Position numbers and translations under genes: made by a program | Assembly: GCA_965202845.1 (NCBI GenBank) | Contig: OZ241856.1 | Location: 2,473,931 to 2,537,930, forward strand | Direction: 5' to 3' | DNA: 64,000 bases | DNA from: Candidatus Marinacidobacterium sp. | GTDB lineage: Bacteria; Acidobacteriota; Vicinamibacteria; Marinacidobacterales; Marinacidobacteraceae | Notes under the pieces: generated by a model | Database searches by the model: none | What the model was told of the DNA's origin: nothing | What the model saw: the letters and a program-made list of their open reading frames with translations, nothing else | In this document: positions 1 to 9,334 of the stretch, in pieces | How positions within the stretch are numbered: the first letter of the stretch is position 1 | How the letters are laid out: the number at the start of each line of letters is the position of its first letter

Positions 1-251
1 TTGGACTGGACGGCGGCCCAGGTCACGATGGAGTCCGCGCCCCTGGCTGCGGCGTCCGCGAGGATGTAGCCGAGCTTGCGCGCCTTGTTGCCGCCGAGCG
101 CGTGCCCGGTCATGTCGTCGCGCTTGGCGAAAATCCGGGGGCCGCCGAGGGCGCGGGAAAGGCGGGGCAGCTCCTCCAGCGGGGTGGGCAGCAGGGCGAA
201 ATCCTGCCGGGGGAAGCGGGCGATGGCGCGGTCCAAGGTTTCGGCGAACAT
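1..251 (-). CDS. PLP-dependent D-cysteine desulfhydrase / ACC deaminase family protein, N-terminal part (gene runs off window start)
   Basis: Reverse translation from the ATG at 251..249 gives MFAETLDRAIARFPRQDFALLPTPLEELPRLSRALGGPRIFAKRDDMTGHALGGNKARKLGYILADAAARGADSIVTWAAVQS. GGNKARKL is the PLP-lysine motif of this family. Clear paralog of 2207..3343. Confidence 0.8.
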   Translation of the reverse strand, partial: MFAETLDRAIARFPRQDFALLPTPLEELPRLSRALGGPRIFAKRDDMTGHALGGNKARKLGYILADAAARGADSIVTWAAVQS

Positions 252-325
252 TTCAATCTCCCCCGCCAAGCCGGGGCGGAAGACTCCCGCGGGTAGACTA
301 CAACGGTCCGTCAACAGGAGGAGCG

Positions 326-1218
326 ATGACACATTCCACGTGCGGGAGTTTCCCGGCGATGGACCGGATCGCCGTGGAAGGCTTCCGGAGCATCGCTCGC
401 ATTGAGAATTTACGGCTTGGGCCGATCAACATCCTGATCGGCCCCCATGGATCGGGAAAAACGAATTGCATCGGCGTCTTTCCCTTCCTGCATGCGGTTC
501 GAACTGGCAATCTCTCCAACTACGTCGCACGTGCGGGAGGAGCGGATCGAATTCTTCATTTCGGTTCACAAAACACGAAGGTCATCATCGTTCAGATTTC
601 GTTCCAGGATAAAGGCGGTCCGTATCGGATCGAACTCGCTCCCGACGCCCAGGACGGATTGTTTCCCCTGCGGGAATCGGGATCGCTTCCGGAAAAACAG
701 ATACCGGATCGCTACCATTTTCACGATACCGGCGCGACGTCCCCGATGAAAAAGACAGCGGACCTGAATGACAATCGCTGGCTGCGTCCGGACGGCGCCA
801 ATCTCGCGCCGTTCCTGTTTCTACTTCGCGAGAAACATCGGAAGTCCTATGATCGGATTCGACGAACCATTCGACTCACAGCGCCCTTTTTCGATGATTT
901 CCAGCTGGCGCCGATGCAATGGAACGAAAACAAAATCCAGCTCGAGTGGGCGCACCGGGGATCGGACTCCCGGTTTGATGCGTCCTCGCTCTCCGACGGG
1001 ACTCTCCGTTTCATCGCCCTTGCGACCCTTCTGCTCCAACCGCCTCCACTTCGACCGTCCGTGATCATCATGGATGAACCGGAACTGGGTCTGCATCCCC
1101 ATGCGATCACCCTTCTGGCCGCGGGAATGGCTGCGCGACTTCAGCCTCGGCCAATTGTGGGAAAAGAACGAATTCGGCGGACGCCCCGTCCCCGAAACAG
1201 GATCCGGCTTTCGCGCCT
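326..1218 (+). pseudogene. AAA_15/AAA_21-type (RecF/SMC-like) ATPase remnant with internal deletion and frame change
   Basis: The frame of 326 encodes Walker A (GPHGSGKT) and Walker B (SVIIMDEPELGLHPH) up to about 1130. Beyond that, the 559-aa track ORF is an Arg/Pro-rich shadow of the opposite-strand gene. A family-like C-terminal tail (LRDFSLGQLWEKNEFGGRP..., stop 1216..1218) exists only in the +1 frame from 1131. GC is visibly lower than in the flanks. Confidence 0.6.
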
Positions 1219-1226
1219 GAGTCCGG

Positions 1227-2210
1227 TCAGGAGGTTTCGTCGAGACGGGCGAAGAAATCCTCCTCGCTCGTCGCCACGGCGGCCGCCGTCGCAAGGGTCC
1301 GCCTTGGCCCGCCCGGATCGTCATCGACCGCCGCCGCGAGCCGATCCGCAAACTGCGGGGAGAGCGGGACGCCCCGGGCCGCCAGCACCCCGCGGGCCAT
1401 CGCAAGGACTCCCGCAGTGCGCCCTTCCAGCACGCCGCGGCGAGTCGCCGCCTCCGCGACGCGGCGCACCAGCAGGTCGTCCTCCGGTTCCGTCCCCTCC
1501 CGCCGACCCAGGCCGCGCCCCACCCGCCACAACGCCGCCTCGGTCTCCGGCGAGAGCTCGGACTCGTTCAGCGCCTCGTGGATTTCCTCGGCGCGCCACC
1601 CCGGAAACGACCGGCTCTCGCTGGCCTCGCGGTAGACGCCTTCCTCGTCCAGCAAATGGATGCGAAGGCCGGGGCGGAGTCCGCGCGGCCGGCTCTTCGA
1701 ACGCCGATCCGGAATCTCGACCCAAACTTCGGGAAAACCCCACTCCTGGTAGGCCACCAGCTTGCCGCGCCGCACGTCCGTCGTGTTGTCCACCTCCAGC
1801 ACAACGTCCGGCCAGACGTCCGCATCCACCACGAAGCGACCGTCCCCCTGCAGCTCCGTATGGATGGGGTTCAGGTACACGACCTGGTCCGCCTGCATCA
1901 TGGCCGTCAGCTTCCCGTCGTCGTCCTGGAGCTGAAGGTCGGTCGAGCCGATGCAGCGAGCCGGGGAACCCCGCGCCAAGCAGATTCGGGTCACCAGCTC
2001 GGTGAGCCGGACGCCGGGGGCCTCGTGGAAGAAGGTGACGGACTCCGAAACCATCCAGGCGGTCTTGAGCGCCGCGTCCCAGTATTCGACGCGCCTCCCC
2101 TCCCACTCCGGCTTCTCGAGCTCCTCCGCAGTCACCCGGACGGAGTGGCAGCCGACGAATTCCAATTCGGAGGCCGGCGTCCACCGGCGCTCCAGCTTCA
2201 CCTCGCTCAT
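1227..2210 (-). CDS. Uma2 (DUF820) family endonuclease with C-terminal helical extension
   Basis: 327 aa. The PD-(D/E)xK-like core PDVVLEVDNTTDVRRGKLVAYQEWGFPEVWVEIP is typical of Uma2. The C-terminal ~100 aa (RRGVLEGRTAGVLAMARGVLAARGVPLSPQF...) resembles the DUF4351-type tail of Rpn/YhgA-like proteins. It overlaps the downstream gene by 4 nt. Confidence 0.7.
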   Translation of the reverse strand: MSEVKLERRWTPASELEFVGCHSVRVTAEELEKPEWEGRRVEYWDAALKTAWMVSESVTFFHEAPGVRLTELVTRICLARGSPARCIGSTDLQLQDDDGKLTAMMQADQVVYLNPIHTELQGDGRFVVDADVWPDVVLEVDNTTDVRRGKLVAYQEWGFPEVWVEIPDRRSKSRPRGLRPGLRIHLLDEEGVYREASESRSFPGWRAEEIHEALNESELSPETEAALWRVGRGLGRREGTEPEDDLLVRRVAEAATRRGVLEGRTAGVLAMARGVLAARGVPLSPQFADRLAAAVDDDPGGPRRTLATAAAVATSEEDFFARLDETS

Positions 2211-3343
2211 TCGGTGATGCTACCACGCAGGCCGTCGAGCAGGCCCTCGCGGTAGGGGAAGAGCGCCGGGGTTCCGCCGGTGTGGACGAAGACCACCGTG
2301 TCGTCGCTTCCCAGCTCGCCCCGCGCGACCAGGTCCAGCAGCCCGGCCATCGCCTTCCCGGTGTAGACCGGGTCCAGAAGCAGCCCCTCGGCGCGGGCGA
2401 CCTGCGCGATGTCGGCGACGACGTCCTCGTTCAGAACGCCGTACCCCTCGCCCACGTAGTCGTCCATCACCACCACGTCCTCCGGCCCCACCGCGACCTC
2501 CGGAAGCCCCATCGTCTCCACCGTTTCGCGTGCGATGGCGAGGACGTTGGCTTCGCTCGCCTCCTTGGCTCCGCCGGTGGAGATGCCGATCACCCGCACC
2601 TCGGGCGCGAGCGCCCGCGCTCCCACCACCAGCCCGGCCTGGGTGCTCCCCGAACCGGAGGCGTGGACGATGTGGGTGGGGCGGATTCCCATGTCCCCAG
2701 CCTGGGCGAGCAGCTCCCGGAACGCCTGCGCGTAAGCCACCGCGCCCAGCGGGCGGTCCATCGAATGGCCGGTGCGGGAGCCGCCGACCGCCACCACGTA
2801 CGGCTTGCGCCCGGCGGCGATCTCCGCTTCCGCGATGCGCTCCACCGCGTCTTCCCGGTCTTCGCCCGGCTCCAGAATCCGCACGTCGGCGCCCAGCAGC
2901 CGGTCGAGCAGCAGGTTGCCGTCCGCCGGGTCGACCGTCTGGTCTTCGCCCCGCTGGAGCGCCAGGATCGGCTGCATCCCCAGGTTCCGGGCGCCGGCGG
3001 CGGTCATCCGCGCCCAGTTGGACTGGACTCCGGCCCAGGTGAGCACCGAGTCGCTCCCCTTTTCGGCGGCGTCGGCGAGGATGAACTCCAGCTTCCGCGC
3101 CTTGTTCCCGCCGAACGCCAGGCCGGTCAGGTCCTCCCGCTTCACGAAGAGCCGAGGCCCGCCGAGCTCGGCGGCCAGCGTCGGCATCTCCTCGAAGGGA
3201 GTCGGCAGGTGGGCCAGCTCCACGCGGGGGAACGACGCCACCGCCTGGTCGAACCGGGCCGCGGGGTCGTCGGGTTCGGGAGCGCCGCAGGCGACGGCGG
3301 CCAGCAGAAGAAGGAGGAGTCGGGAACGAATCATGCGCTGCAT
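2207..3343 (-). CDS. PLP-dependent D-cysteine desulfhydrase / ACC deaminase family lipoprotein
   Basis: FGGNKARKLEFILADA motif. The signal peptide plus lipobox (LLLLLLAAVAC) follows Met at 3343 or 3334. The track start at 3370 would overlap the divergent gene, so an internal Met was chosen. Confidence 0.85.
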   Translation of the reverse strand: MQRMIRSRLLLLLLAAVACGAPEPDDPAARFDQAVASFPRVELAHLPTPFEEMPTLAAELGGPRLFVKREDLTGLAFGGNKARKLEFILADAAEKGSDSVLTWAGVQSNWARMTAAGARNLGMQPILALQRGEDQTVDPADGNLLLDRLLGADVRILEPGEDREDAVERIAEAEIAAGRKPYVVAVGGSRTGHSMDRPLGAVAYAQAFRELLAQAGDMGIRPTHIVHASGSGSTQAGLVVGARALAPEVRVIGISTGGAKEASEANVLAIARETVETMGLPEVAVGPEDVVVMDDYVGEGYGVLNEDVVADIAQVARAEGLLLDPVYTGKAMAGLLDLVARGELGSDDTVVFVHTGGTPALFPYREGLLDGLRGSITE

Positions 3344-3363
3344 AGAATTACAATTCCCGAGCG

Positions 3364-4974
3364 TTGGCACGCATCAAGTCGCAAATCCGAACCGGGGCGC
3401 CCGAATTCCTCGAAAATTGGGCGCACAACCGGGCGCTCTGCGAGGAGCTGGAGCAAAAACGCGCCGAGGCGGCGGAGGGCGGCGGGGAGGCCGCGCAGAA
3501 GCGCCACCGGGACCAGGGCAAGCTCCCGGCGCGCGAGCGAATCCGCCTGCTGACCGACCCGGACACCGAGTTCCTCGAAATCGGGGCGCTCGCCGGCCTG
3601 GACTGCTACGACGAAGCCACGCCGGCGGCGGGGCTGGTCGCCGGTGTCGGCGTCGTCTCCGGGCGGATGGCGATGGTGGTCGCCAACGACGCCACCGTGA
3701 AGGGCGGGAGCTACTTCCCGCTCACCGTCAAAAAGCACCTGCGGGCGCAGGAGATCGCCGAAGCCGCGCGCCTCCCCTGCCTCTATCTGGTGGACAGCGG
3801 CGGGGCGTTCCTCCCGCTGCAGGCGGAGGTGTTTCCCGACCGCGACCACTTCGGGCGCATCTTCCGCAACCAGGCGGTGATGAGCGCCGCCGGAATTCCG
3901 CAGCTGGCGGCGGTGATGGGGATGTGCACCGCCGGCGGCGCCTATGTGCCGGCGATGAGCGACGAAGCGGTCATCGTGAACGGCGCCGGGACGATCTATC
4001 TGGGAGGGCCGCCGCTGGTGCGGGCGGCGACCGGGGAAATCGTGACGCCCGAGGAGCTGGGCGGCGCCCGGATCCACACCGAGGAGTCGGGGGTGGCCGA
4101 CCACTACGCGGAGGACGACCGCGCCGCCATCGACATCCTGCGCCGCTCGGCAGCCCGCCTCGCGCCCGCCGGCGGGCGCCCGCTCCCGGACCGCAACGCC
4201 GAGCCGCCCGACTACCCGGAGGAGGAAATCCTGGGGGTCATGCCGAAGGACGCCAGGGTGCGGGTGGACATCCGCGAAGTCCTCGCCCGGTTGCTGGACG
4301 CGAGCCGCCTCGACGAATTCAAGAAGCGGTACGGAACCACCCTGGTCACCGGCTTCGCCCACATCCACGGCATCGGGGTCGGGGTGGTGGCGAGCAACGG
4401 GGTGCTGTTCAGCGAAAGCGCGCTCAAGGGGGCGCACTTCATCCAGATCTGCGCCCGCGAAGGGCTGCCGCTGCTGTTCGTCCAGGACATCACCGGGTTC
4501 ATGGTGGGCGCCCGGTACGAGCGGGGCGGAATCGCCAAGGACGGCGCCAAGATGGTGCACGCGGTCGCCACCGCCGGCGTCCCCCGGATCACCCTGATCG
4601 CCGGGGGCAGCTTCGGCGCCGGCAACTACGCGATGTGCGGGCGCGCCTACGACCCGGTCTTCGCCTGGTCGTGGCCCTCCAGCCGGATCTCGGTGATGGG
4701 CGGCGAGCAGGCGGCTTCGGTGCTCGTCCAGGTCAAGCGCGACCAGCGCGAACGCTCCGGCGGCGAACCGCTCTCCGAGGCGGAGGCGGAGGCCATCGCC
4801 GCCCCGGTGCGCGAGAAATACGAACGCGAGGGCGGGCCGTACTACGCGACCGCCCGGCTCTGGGACGACGGCGTCCAGGACATGCGGCAGACCCGCCGGA
4901 TCCTGGCGCTCAGCCTGGCGGCGACGCTCAACGCCCCGGTTCCGGCGCCCCGGCACGGCGTCTTCCGCATGTGA
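3364..4974 (+). CDS. Acyl-CoA carboxylase carboxyltransferase beta subunit (methylcrotonyl-/geranyl-CoA carboxylase type)
   Basis: 536 aa. Full-length similarity pattern of MccB/AtuC-type carboxyltransferases ([55 protein letters not shown]). TTG start is inferred. Confidence 0.9.
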   Translation: MARIKSQIRTGAPEFLENWAHNRALCEELEQKRAEAAEGGGEAAQKRHRDQGKLPARERIRLLTDPDTEFLEIGALAGLDCYDEATPAAGLVAGVGVVSGRMAMVVANDATVKGGSYFPLTVKKHLRAQEIAEAARLPCLYLVDSGGAFLPLQAEVFPDRDHFGRIFRNQAVMSAAGIPQLAAVMGMCTAGGAYVPAMSDEAVIVNGAGTIYLGGPPLVRAATGEIVTPEELGGARIHTEESGVADHYAEDDRAAIDILRRSAARLAPAGGRPLPDRNAEPPDYPEEEILGVMPKDARVRVDIREVLARLLDASRLDEFKKRYGTTLVTGFAHIHGIGVGVVASNGVLFSESALKGAHFIQICAREGLPLLFVQDITGFMVGARYERGGIAKDGAKMVHAVATAGVPRITLIAGGSFGAGNYAMCGRAYDPVFAWSWPSSRISVMGGEQAASVLVQVKRDQRERSGGEPLSEAEAEAIAAPVREKYEREGGPYYATARLWDDGVQDMRQTRRILALSLAATLNAPVPAPRHGVFRM

Positions 4975-4979
4975 GCGCG

Positions 4980-6797
4980 ATGAAGCGGGACACGGTGCGG
5001 ATCGGCAACGCCGGGGGGTACTGGGGCGACGACCCCCGCGCGCTCGAACGGCAGGTTCTGGGCGCGGACCCGCCCGACTTCGTGACCATCGATTTCCTCG
5101 CGGAAATCACCATGAGCATCCTGCAGCGGCAGCGCGCCGCCGACCCGTCCCGGGGGTACGCCCGCGACTTCGTGAGCCAGGTCGCGCCCCTGCTCCCGGC
5201 GATCCGGGAGCGCGGCATCACCGTGATCACGAACGCCGGGGGGGTGAACCCGCTCGCCTGCGCCCGGGCGGTGCTGGCGGCCGGGGACGTCACGGTGGCG
5301 GTGGTGGACGGCGACGACCTGATGGACCGGGTTCCCGATCTGGTCGCCTCCCCGGACGGCTTCCGGAATCTGGAGACCGGAGCGCCGTTCGACGGGAAGG
5401 CGGCGGAGGTGGGTGCGGCGAACGCCTACCTGGGCGCCGAGCCGGTGGTCGCGGCGCTCGCCCACCGACCGGACGTGGTGGTCACCGGGCGGGTGACCGA
5501 CACCGGCATCACCCTGGCGGCGCTCCGCCACCGGTTCGGCTGGGCGCATGACGACTGGGACCGGATCGCGCAGGGGATCGTCGCCGGGCATCTGATCGAA
5601 TGCGGGACCCAGGCCAGCGGCGGGAACTACACCGACTGGCAGCGGGTGGCCGGATTCGGACGCCTCGGCTTCCCGGTGGTCGAAGTCGGGGAGGACGGCG
5701 CCTTCGTGGTCACGCTCCAACCGGACGCCCCCGGCCTCGTGACCCCGGCGGTCGTGCGCGAGCAACTTCTCTACGAACTGGGCGACCCCGCCGCCTACCT
5801 GTGCCCGGACGCCAGCGTGGATTTCACCGGGCTGACCGCAGTTTCCGACGGACCGAACCGGGTGCGGGTGTCGGGCGCCCGAGGCGGACCGCCGCCGCCC
5901 GACCTGAAGGTGAGCGCCACCGTGGCCGGCGGGTACGCCCTGCGCGGCAGTCTGGTGGTGGGCGGGCCGGACGTCCGGGACAAGACCCGCGCGGTCCGGG
6001 ACGCGCTGGCCGCCCGGCTCGGGGAGGACTGCGTGAAACCGATGCGCGAGTTGCGGGTGGACCTGGTTGGCGACGATGCGGCGCAGCGGGGGTTCGCTGA
6101 CAGCGGCCCCGAACCCTCCGAGGGGCTGATCCGGGTCGCCGCCTGGAGCATCCATCGGGAACCGATCCTCGTGCTGCGCAAGTTGCTTCCGATGATGATC
6201 CTGAACGGCCCCGCCGGGCTTGCGGTCACCGGGGGGGCGCCGGCGGTCGCCGAGGTCGCCGCCTACTGGCCTGCCCGGATCCCCCGCGAGGCCGTCACCC
6301 CCCGGGTGCGCATCCTGCGGCGCAACGGGGTGGTCGCCGAGGAGCGGGTGGCGTTTCCCGGCCCCACCGCCGCCGCGGCGCCAAGCCGAAGCGACGCGGC
6401 GGCGCCGCCTCCCGAAACCGGAATCGAAGTCCCGCTGGGGGCCATCGCCCACGCCCGCAGCGGCGACAAGGGCGATGCGGCGAACATCGGCGTCCTCGCC
6501 CGCAGCCCCGCCGCCTACCGGTTCCTCGCCGAGCATCTGGGCGCCGAAACGGTCGCGGATTGGGCGCGGGATGTTGCGAAGGGTCCGGTCGTCCGCTACC
6601 GGCTGCCCGGGCTCCAGGCGCTCAACTTCGTGCTGGAGCGGGCGCTGGCCGGCGGCGGAACCCGCAGCCTGCTGCTGGACCCCCAGGGCAAGACCCTCGC
6701 CCAGGGAATCCTCCGGCGGCGGCTCAAGGTCCCCGCCGAGGTGCTGGAGAGCATCGCGGAGGAGGATCGACCGCTCTCGCTGGAGTTCCAGCCATGA
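4980..6797 (+). CDS. atuA: AtuA-like acyclic terpene utilisation protein (DUF1446) with fused C-terminal small domain
   Basis: MKRDTVRIGNAGGYWGDDP... is the characteristic DUF1446 N-terminus. The C-terminal HARSGDKGDAANIGV segment is fused. The real gene is the downstream part of the 1341-aa track ORF. ATG lies 5 nt after the upstream stop. Confidence 0.8.
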   Translation: MKRDTVRIGNAGGYWGDDPRALERQVLGADPPDFVTIDFLAEITMSILQRQRAADPSRGYARDFVSQVAPLLPAIRERGITVITNAGGVNPLACARAVLAAGDVTVAVVDGDDLMDRVPDLVASPDGFRNLETGAPFDGKAAEVGAANAYLGAEPVVAALAHRPDVVVTGRVTDTGITLAALRHRFGWAHDDWDRIAQGIVAGHLIECGTQASGGNYTDWQRVAGFGRLGFPVVEVGEDGAFVVTLQPDAPGLVTPAVVREQLLYELGDPAAYLCPDASVDFTGLTAVSDGPNRVRVSGARGGPPPPDLKVSATVAGGYALRGSLVVGGPDVRDKTRAVRDALAARLGEDCVKPMRELRVDLVGDDAAQRGFADSGPEPSEGLIRVAAWSIHREPILVLRKLLPMMILNGPAGLAVTGGAPAVAEVAAYWPARIPREAVTPRVRILRRNGVVAEERVAFPGPTAAAAPSRSDAAAPPPETGIEVPLGAIAHARSGDKGDAANIGVLARSPAAYRFLAEHLGAETVADWARDVAKGPVVRYRLPGLQALNFVLERALAGGGTRSLLLDPQGKTLAQGILRRRLKVPAEVLESIAEEDRPLSLEFQP

Positions 6798-7582
6798 TTC
6801 GTTTCGCTGTGGGCGACGACGGGGTCGTCCGGCTGACGCTGGATCGGCCGGAGGCGCGCAACGCGCTCACCCCGGAGATGGTCGCCGGGATTCCCGAACG
6901 GCTCGCCGAGGCGGAACGGCTGCCGCCGGAGCGATGCCGGGTTCTGGTTCTGGCCGGCGCCGGGCCGGTCTTCTGCGCCGGCGCCGACATCAAGGCGATG
7001 CGGGAATCGGGACAAGCGGACGAGGCCGCCAACCGGGAGGACGCCCGCCGCTTCGCCGTGCTCTTCCGGGCGGTCGCCTCCTTCCCGACGCCGGTGATCG
7101 CGGTCGTCCAGGGCGCCGCCATCGGCGGGGGGTTCGGCCTCGCAGTCGCCGCCGACCACGTGATCGCGTCCCCCGACGCCCGCTTCGGAACCCCGGAAGC
7201 GCGCCTCGGGCTGGTTCCCGCGGTGATTTCGCCCTACGTGGTGCGCCGGCTCGGTCCGGGACGCGCCGCGCCCTTCCTGCTGGGCGGGGAGGTGGCGCTG
7301 GGCGAGGAAGCACTCCGGATCGGCGTCGCGCACGAATGCGCCGAGGACCTGCCGGCCGCGCTGGAAGCGACGCTCGCCCGGTATCTGGAGAGCGCGCCCC
7401 ATGCGGCGCGGCGCACGAAGGCGCTGATGCTGCGGGAGGCGCCGCTGCCGCCGGGGGACATCGAGGAGCTGACGATCCGTACCATCGCCGGAGCGCGCGC
7501 CTCGGCGGAGGGGCAGGAGGGCGCCGCCGCCTTCTTCGGTAAGACCCCGCCCTCCTGGTCGCCGCGGCGGAGCCGCCGCTAG
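6794..7582 (+). CDS. Enoyl-CoA hydratase (methylglutaconyl-/isohexenylglutaconyl-CoA hydratase type)
   Basis: Crotonase motifs RNALT, FCAGADIK, VQGAAIGGGFGLA. ATGA overlap with the atuA-like gene. Confidence 0.85.
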   Translation: MIRFAVGDDGVVRLTLDRPEARNALTPEMVAGIPERLAEAERLPPERCRVLVLAGAGPVFCAGADIKAMRESGQADEAANREDARRFAVLFRAVASFPTPVIAVVQGAAIGGGFGLAVAADHVIASPDARFGTPEARLGLVPAVISPYVVRRLGPGRAAPFLLGGEVALGEEALRIGVAHECAEDLPAALEATLARYLESAPHAARRTKALMLREAPLPPGDIEELTIRTIAGARASAEGQEGAAAFFGKTPPSWSPRRSRR

Positions 7583-9331
7583 TTGCTCTCGATCTGGCGG
7601 CGTCCGGCCCGCTCTCCGGGGACCGGCCGGCGACTGGTGGTAGCGGGCCGGGGGGAGATCGCCCGCCGGGCGCTGGCCGCCGGGCGGAAGCGCGGGTTCC
7701 GGGTGGCGGCGATCTCCACTCCGGCGGACGCCGGATCGCTCCCGCGCCAGGAGGCCGACCAGGTGCTCGAAGTGGGTTCCTTCCTCGATGCGGAGGCGGT
7801 GGTCGCAGCGGCCTCCCGGTGGGGCGCCGACCTGCTGCATCCCGGCTACGGGTTCCTTTCGGAGAACGCCGGGTTCGCGGCGGCGGTCGAGGCGGCCGGG
7901 ATCGCGTTCGTGGGGCCGTCGCCGGAGGCGATGCGGCGGCTGGGCGACAAGCAGGAGGCGCGGGCGCTCGCCGGCGCCGCCGGAGTTCCCGTGTTGCCGG
8001 AGGTCCGTCCCGGCGACGGGAATGTTCCGCTGGCGGTCAAGGCGGCGGCGGGCGGCGGCGGGCGCGGGATCCGGGTGGTGCGCCGGCCGGAGGACCTCGC
8101 GGCCTCGATCGAGGCGGCGTCCCGAGAGGCGGAGAGCGCGTTCGGCGATCCCACCGTCTTCCTCGAACGCTGGATCGACCGCCCGCGGCACGTCGAAGTC
8201 CAGGTGTTCGGCGACGGAGAGGGCGGCGGCGTCCATTTCGGCGAGCGGGAGTGCTCGGCGCAGCGGCGGCGGCAGAAGCTGGTGGAATGGGCGCCGGCGG
8301 CGATCGACGAGGAGATGCGCCAACGGCTGTGCGAGGCGGCGCTGCGGCTGGTGGAGGCGGCGCGCTACCGGGGCGCCGGAACCGTGGAATTCCTGCTGGA
8401 GGGGGATGCGTTCTGGTTCCTCGAAGTGAACACCCGGCTGCAGGTGGAGCACCCGGTGACCGAGGAGGTCCATGGCGTGGACCTGGTGGACTTGCAGCTG
8501 GAGTTGGCGGAGAACGGCTGGCCCGACCGGCTGGCCGGGGAGTTCCCGGCGCGGGGCGCGGCCATCGAGGCGCGGGTGCTGGCGGAGGGCGCCGGATTCG
8601 TTCCCAGCGCGAAGCAGGTGCGGCGGTTCCGGGCGCCAGAGGGGGTTCGCTGCGATTCGGGAGTCGGGGAGGGGTCGCCGGTTCCCCCGGAATTCGACTC
8701 CCTGCTGGCGAAGGTCATCGGAACCGGCGATTCGTTCGAGGAGGCGCGGAAGCGGCTGGTCGCCGGCCTCAAAACGATGGTCGTCCACGGACCGGAGACG
8801 AACCTGGGATTCCTGGGGGCGGTGCTGGAGCACCCCGACTTCCGCGCCGGAAGGGTTCACACCGGCTGGGTCGAGGAGCGCCTTGCGGAGCTCGCCGGAG
8901 AGGAGCCGCCGTTCCCGGGGGACGTCGCGGCGTTGCGGGACCGGGCGGCGGGGCGGCGCGCCGATCCGGGGGTTTCCATCTTCCGCCGGCCCGGCGAGGA
9001 GACGGACGCGGTGGTCACCGAGCTTCCGGGGGGCGTCGCGGTGACGGTGGACGGCAGAACCACGACGCTCCGGGAGGAGACGGCGCGAGCGACTGCGCCC
9101 GGCGAGGCGGGAAGTCCCGAAGTGAAGGCGCCGCTTTCCGGCAAGGTGCTGCGCCTCTTCCGCAACGCAAGGGCGGTGCGGGAGGGGGAGGTCGTGGCGG
9201 TGATCGAGTCGATGAAGATGCGCTGGGAGGTGCGCGCTCCGGCGACGGGGGTTCCGGGGGAGCCCGAAGTGGAAGAGGGGGCGGTCGTGGAGGCCGGCGC
9301 GGTCCTGATGCGGATCGATCCCGAGACGTAG
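7583..9331 (+). CDS. Acyl-CoA carboxylase alpha subunit (biotin carboxylase + biotinyl carrier domain)
   Basis: ATP-grasp biotin carboxylase motifs (HPGYGFLSEN, EVNTRLQVEHPVTE) and the C-terminal biotinylation motif IESMKM. The exact start is uncertain (non-ATG). Confidence 0.85.
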   Translation: MLSIWRRPARSPGTGRRLVVAGRGEIARRALAAGRKRGFRVAAISTPADAGSLPRQEADQVLEVGSFLDAEAVVAAASRWGADLLHPGYGFLSENAGFAAAVEAAGIAFVGPSPEAMRRLGDKQEARALAGAAGVPVLPEVRPGDGNVPLAVKAAAGGGGRGIRVVRRPEDLAASIEAASREAESAFGDPTVFLERWIDRPRHVEVQVFGDGEGGGVHFGERECSAQRRRQKLVEWAPAAIDEEMRQRLCEAALRLVEAARYRGAGTVEFLLEGDAFWFLEVNTRLQVEHPVTEEVHGVDLVDLQLELAENGWPDRLAGEFPARGAAIEARVLAEGAGFVPSAKQVRRFRAPEGVRCDSGVGEGSPVPPEFDSLLAKVIGTGDSFEEARKRLVAGLKTMVVHGPETNLGFLGAVLEHPDFRAGRVHTGWVEERLAELAGEEPPFPGDVAALRDRAAGRRADPGVSIFRRPGEETDAVVTELPGGVAVTVDGRTTTLREETARATAPGEAGSPEVKAPLSGKVLRLFRNARAVREGEVVAVIESMKMRWEVRAPATGVPGEPEVEEGAVVEAGAVLMRIDPET

Positions 9332-9334
9332 AAC

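Noticed and set aside
326-2005. 559-aa ORF taken at face value as one long ATPase.
   Set aside because: Beyond ~1130 the translation is Pro/Arg-rich and overlaps the convincing Uma2 gene on the other strand. The ATPase family tail is in another frame.
2772-4979. N-terminal ~735 aa of the 1341-aa track ORF 2772..6797.
   Set aside because: It is Arg/Ala/Gly/Pro-rich low-complexity sequence that overlaps two well-supported genes in other frames or on the other strand. Only the part from the ATG at 4980 (AtuA-like) looks like a real protein.
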